This document shows positions 1 to 12,059 of a stretch of DNA of 64,000 nucleotides, in pieces. The notes under the pieces are model-generated. The model worked only from the letters and a program-made list of their open reading frames with translations. It did not search any database and had not been told where the DNA came from. The stretch lies in assembly GCA_002633005.1 (NCBI GenBank), contig NMRA01000005.1, forward strand, positions 826,706 through 890,705. The letters are read 5' to 3'. Made by a program: the position numbers and the translations under genes. Each line of letters starts with the position of its first letter. The stretch's first letter is position 1. This stretch comes from Phoronis australis (taxonomy: Eukaryota > Animalia > Phoronida).

Positions 1-278
1 TAAACTCAGCCAACTAATGCGCATGTTTCAGCAACCCATTAATAAAAAAGCAAGTGGCCAGCATGTAAGTGCACCTATTACTTTTCTACCTTGGTGTAGA
101 TTTGCATATCTGTATGTTGCACAACTGATTGAAACATGTGGCTTATGGTTGATGCTGATCATTTTGTGTGCATTTGACTGTCTTAATTTTGTAGGTTTTC
201 CACTCATTTTCAATGATGCTTATATTTTGACGTTGACATTCATAATTGTCGCTAATTTGAATATCTGCCACCCTTCAG

Positions 279-478
279 GCCGTATCATCGAGAACAGTCC
301 GGCTGAGCGGTGTGGGCGGCTGCGTGTTGGTGACCGCATTATGGCGGTCAATGGTGTGGACATCGTACGAATGCACCATGAGGACATCGTCAACATTATC
401 AAGGACTCTGGCTACTCCGTCACACTGACCATTGGTCCACCCCAGGAAGACTCACCTTCGTCTAGTGCTTCTCAGAAG
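279..478 (+). CDS. MAGI: MAGI-family PDZ scaffold, internal exon (second half of penultimate PDZ domain); gene begins upstream of the window
   Basis: cccttcag acceptor, aag|gtcagt donor; encodes [53 protein letters not shown], matching the MAGI penultimate PDZ pattern. Confidence 0.93.
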
Positions 479-587
479 GTCAGTGTTTTAAGCAGCACTC
501 ACCTACTGACAACCTTAAAATGACATTATCGGTTTCTTTTTTCTGAGAGGGTAGATTCGTGGCATCTTTAAATGTTTGACTTTTAAC

Positions 588-1073
588 CAGGGCTTGGAAT
601 TTTCCGCGGAAACGCGGATTTCCGCTTTTTTCAAATGTTCTGTCCGCGTATTTTATTATATTTCCGCGTTTCCGCGTAAAAAAAAAAATCGGATTTGACA
701 TAAAATTTCCACGGCAAATTTCTTTCTTACCGCCGTGTTGCCGATGACTTTCACCTCGAAAAGCGGAAGTTGCTCTTATGTTTCGGAGGAAGGTAAATTG
801 TCAACATTGCCGGGGCATCTGGGATAGCGTGGTGGATTTCCTCAATGGCGGCTCGTGTGATTGTAAACCGCGGCGACAAATACTACGACTCTGCAGCCAA
901 ACGAGCTAAGACAGACGCACGCTGCCGGAGGTGGTACCGTTTTTTTTTTGTTTTTTTTTAGTCTCGATTTTTGTCGGCAAAAGATCCACACCGACTTTTT
1001 CAAGGCTGCCTGCGCGCATGTTTCGGGCCGTAAAAATTTCTGCTTTTTTCGCCATTTGCCATTCCAAGCCCTG
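588..1073. mobile_element. Non-autonomous DNA transposon (MITE), hAT-like ends, 6-bp TSD
   Basis: 13-bp TIR cagggcttggaat / attccaagccctg; tttaac duplicated on both flanks; CpG-rich interior with ccgcg repeats. Confidence 0.85.
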
Positions 1074-1128
1074 TTTAACGTTCTTTGCTAGTAAACTTTC
1101 GCTTTACTCTGATCCATCTTGTCTGCAG

Positions 1129-1305
1129 AGTCCTGACGGTTCCATGATAAATGCAATGGCTTACCCAGCCAACAGCGAGAGTGAAACGGTCAACAGGCTG
1201 CCCCCTGGTGAGTTTGTGGGAAATCACTCGCCAGCTGATCCAGGGCGGCAGCAAGTGCTGGACAGACACCGGGAGATGGCACGGCAGAGAATACCCAGCT
1301 CTCAG
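1129..1305 (+). CDS. MAGI: MAGI exon, inter-PDZ linker
   Basis: gtctgcag acceptor, cag|gtgaac donor; 177 nt, phase 0-0, SPDGSMINAMAYP...RIPSSQ, in frame with both neighbours. Confidence 0.82.
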
Positions 1306-1899
1306 GTGAACATGGGTCAACCCTTTCATGTTAAATTCTCGTTAAGGTGTTGTTTCCTCTGACGTTTGTGACTCCTTGAGTTGATTAAAGCTTTCTGTCC
1401 AGTCAACACAAGATGTGATTACTTCAGTCCTTTATAAGTTCCTTTGGTTTGTTTTCAGAGCTGATCTAGTCAGCTCTTCATGTTATTCTTGTCTCAACAA
1501 AGAATCTCATAAGTGTGTGCCATCTTAAACTGCATGTAACCTCAGATTAAATACAACAAATGAAACATGCAGCTCTTTAACTATGACTGCTCTCGTACAA
1601 TCAATTAGCCACAGTTCAATTGAGGGTGTTACCATAGTTTTGCTTTATGACGAACTAACCGAACTAGCCAGTCACACTTGGGTTATCGGACGTCTGAACC
1701 TTGCGGCATACATTTTCAGGTCCACGTCTCGGATCAACCTGAAATTGTTATGAAAATCGGTTTATTTGTTTTCATTATGTTGAATATTTGTATTTAGTGA
1801 GGTTTGATGATCTTTTTATTGAAATAAACTGAAAAGTAAACATGATTATATACTGTTTAGAACATTTTATAAATAATGGCAAACCTTGTGGTTTTTCAG

Positions 1900-2058
1900 T
1901 CGTCTGATGAAAGAGATGTGTACTACACTGTAGATCTACTGAGGGGCTCTCGCGGCTTTGGTTTTTCGATACGCGGCGGTCGAGAATTTAACAACATGCC
2001 ACTGTATGTGCTGAGGATAGCCGACGGTGGGGCGGCTGATCTGGACCGGAGGTTGAGG
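1900..2058 (+). CDS. MAGI: MAGI exon, first half of last PDZ domain
   Basis: tttttcag acceptor, agg|gtgagt donor; YYTVDLLRGSRGFGFSIRGGREFNNMPLYVLRIADGGAA, with the GFGFSIRGGRE motif of the last MAGI PDZ. Confidence 0.95.
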
Positions 2059-2710
2059 GTGAGTAGTGAGTCACCTTTGAATTTTGACTCTGAATGTAGC
2101 TAATGACGGAAAGTCTAAGGTATTTAGTGTCTGTCAAATGGCTTGAATCGTATTCCATGCCGTTGTTTTTAGCATAGAATTTACGTGAATCAGTTATATG
2201 AAATTCATCGATATTTTTCACGTTGTGAGTAAGCTGGAATTTTAAGCAAAAACCACGGTTCAAAAAGTTGTTCTTTTACCTATGCAAGAAGTACCAAGGG
2301 CTGACCTGGCAGACTTCATGGCCGCCGTTGGGATGGCAAGTTTTAAAAAGTTGCGTCTTGTACAGCACGGCCAGGAGAGAAAAAAGATGACTCGTTTCAA
2401 GACGACCTCAACGAAAACCAGGGTTAAACAAAGAATTTTAACGTTTATGATTTATGAAATTGAAACCTATCAATTCGTTGTTTTGCTTTGATAAATATTG
2501 AGACATAAATCAATGTCGCAGACTATTAGCGTCTATTTTTACCATAAATGTCGCACCAATGATTTGCAAATGCTGGCAGCCATGTGTTTTGGGGGGGAAT
2601 CCCTGCCTGTCCTGTGACGTCAGAGTGACCTCGTACGGAATCCCCACATATGGCGAGTGTCAAATCTTAGATCATAAAACAGCACTTGTCATAGACCCGT
2701 GTTGTTTCAG

Positions 2711-2849
2711 GTTGGTGACCAGTTACTAGAGATCAACGGCTACAACACAAGTGGCATGACCCACTCAGATGCCATCGACATCATCCAAGGAGGGGGTTCA
2801 AAGGTCAGGCTGCTGGTGAAGAGAACTGGCAAGCCACCGCCAAACTTTG
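2711..2849 (+). CDS. MAGI: MAGI exon, second half of last PDZ domain
   Basis: gtttcag acceptor, ttg|gtaagc donor (phase 1); VGDQLLEINGYNTSGMTHSDAIDIIQGGGSKVRLLVKRTG. Confidence 0.95.
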
Positions 2850-3192
2850 GTAAGCACTGCACCTCCAGCAGGGAGGTCATGACCCTCTAGTGGTTCACCA
2901 TGTACATGTCTTGTGAACTATTTGTTAAGGATGTCTGTACAGTGTTATGTGTTATCACTTGCTCTAATTTGATGAGAAAGTCATGCTTCTAATTTTCCAA
3001 CACGTCCATAGCATGTACATCTTTATGTGAAATGAGAGTACAGACAACAGCAGAAAATGAAGAGACGCTGTTGAGCGGACAAAGAATTTGAACTCTACTT
3101 ACCGAATGAGTTTCGTTTGATCATGAAGTCTGAAGTTGATAGATGCCCGTGTTGTGAAAAGCTTTTTTTGATAATAAGTAATTTGTAAAAAA

Positions 3193-3412
3193 AGTATTCA
3201 GACAAAATGATCCAGAATTTCCCGTTGTGATGTCTGGGAGGAATGCGAATTTATCGTCTGGGTAATCTTCCCTCATGACCGAGAATGAAGGGAAATTAAC
3301 AGTTAGGTAGTAAGTCATTCTGTTGTTAGAATTTTGACGCTTCTAACAGTTATGAGTCGAGTGATTTTTGCTGTTAACAGAATTGTGTGTCATGACGGGA
3401 AGACTGTACTTT
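3193..3412. repeat. Dispersed ~200-bp repeat family A, copy 1 (others at ~55849-56050 and ~57969-58166)
   Basis: Shared agtattcagacaaaatga start and tcatgaccgagaatgaag core; the third copy ends in the inverted ttattttgtccgattact. Confidence 0.7.
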
Positions 3413-3577
3413 GGGTTTTTTTTTCTTGTATTGTATGCGATTGTTATCATGTTGGCTGATTAACAGAGTTCCAAGTGCCTCATGACCTTCTATTCACTTT
3501 CGTCTCACCTGCCCAGCTACAGGTGTTCAATTAATTGTTGTGACGCTGACCCTCATGCTCCAATCAATCTACCTAAG

Positions 3578-3650
3578 CCGGCTTCTACTCTCCCCGCCAG
3601 CGCCTTCACCACCCCATGTACACCATATTCACGCAGTCGTCATTATGAAA
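3578..3650 (+). other. Candidate MAGI cassette exon giving alternative C-terminus AGFYSPRQRLHHPMYTIFTQSSL*
   Basis: ctgac branch-like motif and AG-free run to taag acceptor; phase-1 compatible; TGA at 3646-3648, then aa|gtgagc donor; locally GC-rich. Confidence 0.45.
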
Positions 3651-4689
3651 GTGAGCCTCATTTTAAGTTTTAAAAACAATGCATTTTGCACTTAAATACG
3701 GCGCAAGGTGCGAGTTTTTACGTGCCTCGTTATATTCATATCTCAAATTAATTGTTTTTTTAAACCTAAAAGTGGCTCACTACTAAAATGCTGACTGCGA
3801 GGAATAAGGTCTATACCCTCTAAGCAGCCATGACTAGTTAATGCAGAGAGTCGGCGGTAAATGTTTTGGCATTATGTCTACCAAAAATACAAATGTCCGG
3901 GTATCAAGCAGCAATCCATGTTTCAGCTTATATTGCTGCTCTACAGCTTCATATTCACTTTGCATACTATAGTGACGAATTGACAAAGTCAGCACAAAGT
4001 CATTTTTAAACATTTGTTTCCATAGTTACTGTCATTGAGCAAACACTGACTGACTTCTATTAATGACCATATTTTTTAGTAAAAATGAAATATAATGTCA
4101 GTTGCCCTTTAAGGTCCATGAAGCAGTAAATTTTCCACACTTTCAAATGACTTGAGGTCTTCTAGGCCTTTGTTGCTTGCCTAAATGACTGTCACACTTC
4201 AGATTAGTTTTCAAGTTTCATGCGATGTGATTGGTTGTCGAGTCAAATCCCTAATAAAGTTTGATGGTCTCAGGCCAGTTGTTACTGCTAGTAATATAGG
4301 GAAATGAGGAATTTTAAGCGTGGAGAATTTACAATTTTGTAAATAAGGACACAATAACTGATGTGGATCACTTTGAATTTTTGCTGCCGAGTGCCAACAA
4401 CTTGATATCTGAATCATTTTTTTTTTATTTAAACTATCGAGATCTTGTTCATTTTTAATATTTGTTTCATATTCATAGCTCTGTTGTATTATGATAACTT
4501 TACTCATCTGCAAGTAAGACTGAGTGCTGTATTACACTTGAAAGCATCGCAGAGAGTAAAACGTAAAAAAATCATTTAGGTGTCCCATTTATTGATCCCT
4601 GTCATTGGGCTATTAAAGGCAGCAAACGTTTTGATTTTCATCAATCTCATTATAGTTTCAGTGAAATACTTACGAACATACGGTACATC

Positions 4690-4908
4690 TCGACTTATTT
4701 CTCACTTAATTGCCAAATTGGTCATTTTTCCGTTTTCAAAGACTGAATACGTTTTCGCAAATAAATGGAATTTCATCAAACTTTGTATTATGACATCTTC
4801 ACACAACAATCCATGTTTTTGATTTAAAGAAATGTTCTTAATCTTTATTTTTGTGGAGAAATTTATTGAAATAGAATTTTCACTCGTCGGCCATATTGTG
4901 TGCTAAGT
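4690..4908. repeat. Dispersed repeat family B (related segments at ~18790-18850, ~22855-23050, ~48590-48760)
   Basis: Recurring aattttcactcgtcggccatattgtg / caatatggccgacaagtgaaatt motif in both orientations. Confidence 0.6.
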
Positions 4909-5009
4909 AAGTGATGAATTGCCGTTTACTGTTTTGATTGTGAAATGCGCGTTGTACAGGTGCTTGTTTGATCCGTTTAAATGCAGACGATTCCACATTT
5001 TACTTCTAG

Positions 5010-5047
5010 CCAAGCGGATCGAGTATGTTTTCTGGGCCAAGTGCTAG
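5010..5047 (+). other. Candidate MAGI cassette exon giving alternative C-terminus AKRIEYVFWAKC*
   Basis: ttccacattttacttctag acceptor; phase-1 compatible; ends in TAG directly followed by gtacac. Confidence 0.3.
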
Positions 5048-6679
5048 GTACACACCAGCCTTAGATGTCGGCATTTTAGTTCACCTGCTGCTGTTGTTGT
5101 ATTTGTTGTACTACCTTTGTTGTTTGCTTCTGTTACTCTTCTTTCGGGCTACGTTCTCGGCTTCCTGCCTGTGGGCAATAGAAAGCATGCGCTAAGAATG
5201 GGCCTCTGAAATGGGTATCTTGATTTCAAGTGATATGATTTAGTGCAGACATGGCACACTGGACTGTCTTGTATCTTGTGCTTTTTAGTTCGGGACAAAC
5301 GAAGCTGTGCTACTGACATTGCCCTGTCTTTATCATTACTTCAAGAACCTATGTATTCAAGGTTTTCTTTCTATTTTTTGTTTGTTAAGATTCAATTTAT
5401 TCTATCCATGTGATGGATGTGATTAGACGATAGTAATTTTAGGCGAGATCTGGTACTTGAACTGGATTAGGTTTGTCATGTAGTTGTTTCTTTCACTCTT
5501 TGCATCTTCTTCAGTTTCAAATTTATCAAAAAAGTTATTTAGTCAGTCAATTTTCTCCAGTTTCTTCACAGAAACAGTTTGTACCATGACAAATCTAGTT
5601 TGGCATTCCTCGGTCAGTTTTATCCTAGGAATCTCTTGTAGTCAAATCTTGGTTCTGTCATTCCTAAGCCATTATTAGAGATGAAATGCTCGCTCCTTTG
5701 CGTCTACTTTCTTAATATTTTTGGGCTCACATATGCTTATGCGAGTCCGTACGTCGATATCTTTGTCCATAATCAGAATCTTTGACTGACAAATTGCTTT
5801 AAGATTTTGCTTCACAACTGTTATAGTGAGAAGGCATCTCAGTTTTCGGACGAATCAGATTGCTGTCGATCCCCCGAGTGGCCATGAACTTACTGGTTTC
5901 TGCGTTTGCCGCACCAAAGCAGTTCTGTTATTATCTAGAATGTAAAGAAATTAATGCCACTGGTATTCTGGCATATCCAATGTACTATACCCATGTTGGA
6001 AATTTTAGTTTCTGACATTGGCTTTTCCATCTGCCAAACTTCTCTCAAAATTATCATGAGGTTTGTCAACTGTGTTCCTACTATCTAGATGACGGCATTT
6101 TCTAATTTTCAGAGGAGTCTGGTGTCTATTTAGTCTTTGTCTGTAGATACTTAAGTCTGTGAGGAATCCATTTTATAACAACATGTATTCTGATGCCGTG
6201 TACTGCTCCAGATTGGGGTACTTTGCTTTTATCTGTATTTTTGGAATTTCGAAAACCATTGTGTCAAATTAATGTGAAGAACCGGAGACAGTTTTAGCTG
6301 ATTCTCTAAATATTGCAATTCGTGTCAAAATGGCTTGACAGGTGATTTTGATTAACCATGGCAGAGAGGTATATGGCTGGCATGTGCCAGTCAATAACTG
6401 ACATTGGTATCCTAGTGGCCAAATTAGTGAAGGAATTCATGAAAGTAATATATACCTTTAGTTGCTAACCGTTTACAGTTCGTAGTTGTGGGTGCAGTTC
6501 AACACCTTCGGTTGTTGCTTTTGCATGGAGGACATCTATTTATCAACCCTTGTGTCAACATTTCCACTTTTTTAAGCTATAAAGCTGACATTCTCTGTGT
6601 CAATCTCAATCAAAAGAGTAGTACTCTGTTACCCATCTTACATTGTCCGTCTGTTGATAATTCTAATTTTCCTTCACAG

Positions 6680-7104
6680 ATGGCGCCAGCACCCCAGGCA
6701 GCACGCCTGACCTCTACGACTCTCGCCAGCCCCAACACTCGGGAATGCGTTCGACCAGCTCATACGACCTCCACCAGAAACCGTCACGAACACCCTATGA
6801 TCACGGCCCGAGGATGCCCGCTGGCAATTACATGATGGCGAGTCCTCATCCCATGCACTCGCCCTCATATCAAACAAACCCTAGAGGTCGCTCCCCTGGC
6901 ATGAATATGGGTCCGCACTCGCCATCGGGCATGAATCACATTGGTGCGCCGTATGAGTCGAGCCCACATATAGTTCGAGCACCTGTGTCCAGCACAGCTG
7001 CCCTGCCCAATGGACCCCTCGGTCACAGCTCACCACAGGCAGGGCGGAGGTATGCACAGGAGAACTACAGATATTTTCAGAATTATAGCCAACCGCGCTA
7101 CTGA
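6680..7104 (+). CDS. MAGI: MAGI terminal coding exon, P/S/H-rich tail ending QPRY*
   Basis: ttctaattttccttcacag acceptor; phase 1 joins in frame with ORF 6745..7104; GC-rich against the flanking intron; AT-rich 3'UTR-like DNA follows. Confidence 0.85.
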
Positions 7105-9530
7105 ACAGACGTGACGGCTTTTTCTGGGGATCCTGTATATATACCATTGGTTATAAATAAGGATTTTTATTTATTAATATTAGTGCATTATTTTGTATTA
7201 TTAACAGAGGTGTGAGACATGCCGGTTTGTAACAAGTGTAATGTTGTTCTCATTCTAAACGATTTGTTTCTGGAAACACATATCGTTTGGAGACAATTCC
7301 ATCCAAGCAATTAAATATCTTATGATGTATGTATAAATTTTGCCTTGATTTTTAAATATATTTTTGCTAAGCACTGATTAACGACCACACAAACACTAAG
7401 CGCGTTTATCAAAAAAGTATATAACCGGTTCCGCAGATTAAATTTGGCGTTGATTATTGAGACGTGCAATTCATATATTAGGAGGAAATTATTTTAAGAG
7501 GCAGAAGTTATTTAAACAAAATGCCGTGCGAGATTTTTTAATGGGCTGTAATTGTTTTATTGAGTAGCGTAATGCATTTTTCAGTAATCTGGGTTCCTAT
7601 TTTACTTGGCTTTAATTAGGAGCTGGCTTCTTTTATTTGAGCCAGTTGTCCGTCTGTCCAAGTGGGCATAAGGTAGCAAGCAGTCCTCATTTGGATAAGT
7701 ACTGTTAACACTTGTTTGTCTCGGCAACTTGCAAACTAACTTCACTTCAGTCTAACTCTGGCATTAAAGTATTGCGATCTTGGTTTAATATCATGTTAAG
7801 CAAATGCCTGATTAGTGATAGTTACCAAGAATTCAGTCAAGTTTTGTATTAAACCCCCTGGGGACTGTTTCGTGAAAGTTGTCTTGAGATTTTAGTCGTA
7901 AAAAAATTGGACTTGCGCTCCTCATGACTGAAAAATAATTAAATCTCACTTCAGAGAAATTTTTTGAGAATATGCCCATATCCGGTAATGACTTAAGATA
8001 CTTTGTATAAATATTTCTAGGCTTTGATTGGCTAATAATTACATGGGTAAACCTTAGTAATGGTGAAGTGGGGCGTTACACTTAAGTCACCGTACAGATC
8101 CCTAGTTTCACTTTGAAGCATTATGGTACCTTGATTTCAGCTTAGAAAGGCAAAACACTAATTATGCACGCGCTATGAATTTTCGTTCTGTACGTGTACA
8201 AGTATGTCTAAGCAAGGGAGTGTAACACAATATGGGTGTGATTGTGTATTTTGTAAACTTTGTAAGATATTTTAGCTTTTATTTTACCGTTTTCTACGCA
8301 CTATTATCGTGTTTGCCTGTTGCTTGTCCTTTTGCATAAAGTGTGGTAGTCGCTTTAACATTTGATGGTAAGCTTCTTCCATAGCTTCTGGTTTTAGGAC
8401 ATTGCTGTTTAACATTGCCATTGAACAAATCTACATTTTATCAAAAGCGACTCGGGGGGGGGGGCTATGTAAGTGCACTGAGCAAATTGTTAGATCAGAA
8501 AACAATTTTGACTGGACTGTACAACCTGTTTATAACTGTACAAATGTTTATATATTTATAGTTAAGCTAGTATTTTAACTTACATTTTGCTCGTAAATGT
8601 ATAGATGAATTTCTTTGTCTGCTTTTAAGTGAATATTGTGTACTTTTGTGAGAGCTGAATCATGCTTTGGCCGACATCTGTTGGAATATCCTTTTATGAA
8701 CTTTGATCCAAGCTGTGTTTTCTGTAAACTGGCGCCTTGTACTCTTTCAGCAATGCGAGAGATTTCGCATGACATTGTATATTAAGTTGCTTGGTTTTTT
8801 TAGAACTGCATGTTAATCTCAGTCTAATTAAGTATATAATTGTATTTTATAAAATATGTGGGCTGTGTTTGGACACCACTGGATGCAAAGTCTTTAAAAG
8901 GATGTGATTGCATTTTTATGAGGAAACATTAACACTGGATCTGGGCATTGTTGCCCACTTAGGTATTTTGTATACCTCAGAGATGTTAGAAAATCAGACA
9001 AGAAAAAAAATCCTTTGGTATGTGTCTTTCCAAAACGGTTTTTAGAATTTTAGAAAGTTGCGAACTTAAAAAGTGTATGGTAAAATCTCTAAGTAAGGGG
9101 CTGTTTGGCCGACACGTGAAGTTTTAACATTTTTTCGGTGAAACATATGCATCACCTAAGTAAATGCATATCCATGTTCATGTATTCTACAAAAGCTACC
9201 ATCAGACAAACTTGAAAAATCGAAAAAGATCATTTTTGGTGGTTGATTTTTTTGTCCTAAACTAGAGATTTTACCGCCACCGTGATGTTCAGCATACCAA
9301 GAAAGTTTTGGATGTCGAATAAAGTCAATTTATTCATCAAAAAGCCTACACTTTATAGTAGGGGTATGTTACAATTATGTAGTGAGCCAGTGAGCAAATT
9401 GTGGAGGTTTTTTAAAAACTGAAAAAGGCCAAATTATGTTGGAAGTGGAGTGTGGAAAGTCAATTGTCATTCTAAGGTGAGCTGTGCAAATGCTCATCTC
9501 GTGCATATTTTCATTGGTGTTCACCAGTAC

Positions 9531-9625
9531 ATCAAGTCTGATTTTTCATATCAAGTCTGATTTTTCATATCAAGTTTGATTTTGCGTATCAAGTTTGATT
9601 TTGTATATCAAGTTTGATTTTCGTA
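9531..9625. repeat. 19-bp minisatellite, 5 copies
   Basis: atcaagtctgatttttcat repeated with progressive divergence. Confidence 0.9.
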
Positions 9626-11004
9626 ACGTATTTTAATAACTAAGGTGATAAAGGCAGATTTGTTTTTACTGAGATTTCAACTCGTATTCGTAAGGTCTGT
9701 GTTGAATGTACATACCACTAGCATCTGCAGCAGTAGGTTTTAGCTTTTTATCAAAATATGTTGATTTGTATCATACACATTTTCTTTTATAAGCAGTCTG
9801 ATCAAGCTTGTTGGGGTGAGCTGCACCTGAACGTGAACTATAAAATACAATACATCTCTTAATTCAATCTTTTTTCTGCTCAAACAAACCTTTGAGTTTA
9901 TCTATCTATACCTTGTATTCACCACTGGAATCAACACTCTCACTAGTTGCTGTACTGCACTAATGACTTTCTTATATGGTTATGAGTCATTGGGAGAAAT
10001 TTGTGTGTGCCTGTGGCTTGGAGGTGGGCGTACAGTTTTGGTTTTTGAGAACGCTTGTGGCACAGTTATTTCTTAGTAATTTCTCACAAAAATAAAAATG
10101 TTTTCTTCTATTTTTGAAGGCTGGTGCCCCTGCTACAAATAATTTGTCACATTTAATTTCTCGGTACAAATTGTGCCTGGAATGAAACAGAATTTTCTTT
10201 TGGGGGTTCAACAGTTTCAATTCATGGTTGCATTTTTTTAAAAAGTTCATAATTTTTATTTTGCTTTTTGCCTAGTACAAATTTGCAAAAAATCTGAGCA
10301 AAGCGGAAACAGTTTTCCATCAACTGCCTACACAGAGGCACCTCGGACAAAGATGTGAAATTTTCATTAGGTTCTGAAAATCCACTTTTTAAAAAACAAA
10401 AATTAATGAAATCTTTTGAAAACTGAATATTATTGGTTTCATTGCCTGGTGTCAGTTTTTTCCTTTGATTGCTTTAATTATTTTGATATTCTTGTGCCAT
10501 CAAAAGTTAACACGGAACACTTCAGTAGTTTGGATTCTACATTTCCTTCTTCGACGTCTAAATTTATAACTGTTGCACGTTATCTAAGATGTAAGAAAAA
10601 ATAAGGCGTCACCATTACAGTGTTTGAGCTAATTTAGCTCAAACAGCACCATGTACTAAGAAAAATTTCAAGATTACGATTGTTCCGCTACAGTTCACTG
10701 AATGGTGAAATGTTGGGATTGTGAAATTCATCCAATGTGAATAAACTCGAATTGGCCATTTTACCACAAACTAAAGACGCATAGACTTGTATTGGTGCAT
10801 ATTGTCTTGATGAGTGAGACATCATTGTGACTCAGACGAGGGGGTCATTGGGACTACTAACGCTTGAGCAACAAAAGCTCAACCTTATCAACATTTTTCA
10901 AATTAAGTCACTTGTCGGATATAAAAAATGTTTTAAGTGTTAATTACACAATATCATAAAACAATAATCTTCTTGTGGTAAAATCACGTTGAAGCCCCTT
11001 GGTG

Positions 11005-11242
11005 CAGGGAATATTCTTTTAAGAGGATTTCCTCTTTTGTTTTCAATTTCCTATCATTTGAATTCCAGTTTCCTCTTTTCATCTCTTTTTATCATCATTT
11101 TTACTTTATTTGTGCAAAAAAATGTTTCTCACAGTTAAATTTTACTACACAAAATATATTTCTATTACACAATCCTATTTGTAGAACAATACATCACCTA
11201 CAAAATTTTCTACTTGTTTGTCGTGGGTCATCCCAAGCCCTG
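11005..11242. mobile_element. ~245-bp MITE family C, degenerate copy
   Basis: Interior ttttaagaggatttcctc...cacaaaatatatttctat and end tcatcccaagccctg shared with copies at 30578, 48110 and 52594. Confidence 0.75.
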
Positions 11243-12059
11243 TTGATGTTCATTTTTGTCAACAAAATTGACCCTTAAATTACTATGCTGTGGCAGTGTA
11301 GTAAAGAATTGGAGAATTACAGTACAACTCCAGTGTTCGAAAAGCCGACCACATTTACAAATTAATATAGATAAGTACACAATAGGTACCACTATTTTGA
11401 CCAATAATGACTGCTAGTTAAAAGTAACATTTTGAAGTCACAAATTTTTTATTCATCAAACATAACTGACATTGACCAGATACAGACGAAAAAATCATGA
11501 AAAAGAATTCGACAGTTGTTCGGCCAATACTGCAAATGTTCAAGCTAGTCATGAGGAAATAACTTGCAGCAAGTTAGTTTTTAATTCAAAGGCAAGACAT
11601 TCAGTTGTCAAAATAACATGTACCAAAAGATCAAAAAACAGCCCCTCCACCTTCCTGATCAAGTCTTACAAGCTACATACTTCATGTACAGAACACAACA
11701 GAAGTAATTCAACAAGATGACCTGGATTTCCCGTCCCATTGGCTAAAAGCAAGTGAAATTCTTAGTCATGGTAGCAGTCTATCATGACGAGCAATGACAG
11801 GCACTTCATGCCTGAAAGTTAAGATGGTGAAAAGACTAATTTGCACACATGTGAACCACATTACCATATAGACATTGAAAGTGAAGAACCTACCATACTT
11901 CTGTAAACAAGAGCCTCAATACAGCCAGAAGGCCAAACTTATCAGCGTTGGGGCAGACATGTTGCACGTATAGAATGTTCTCAGTGGCAAAAGTGCTGAC
12001 AGTGTCCCCAATAAAAGCCTGTATTGGACCCACTACTTAAGCCTAGAACATTCGCGTGT

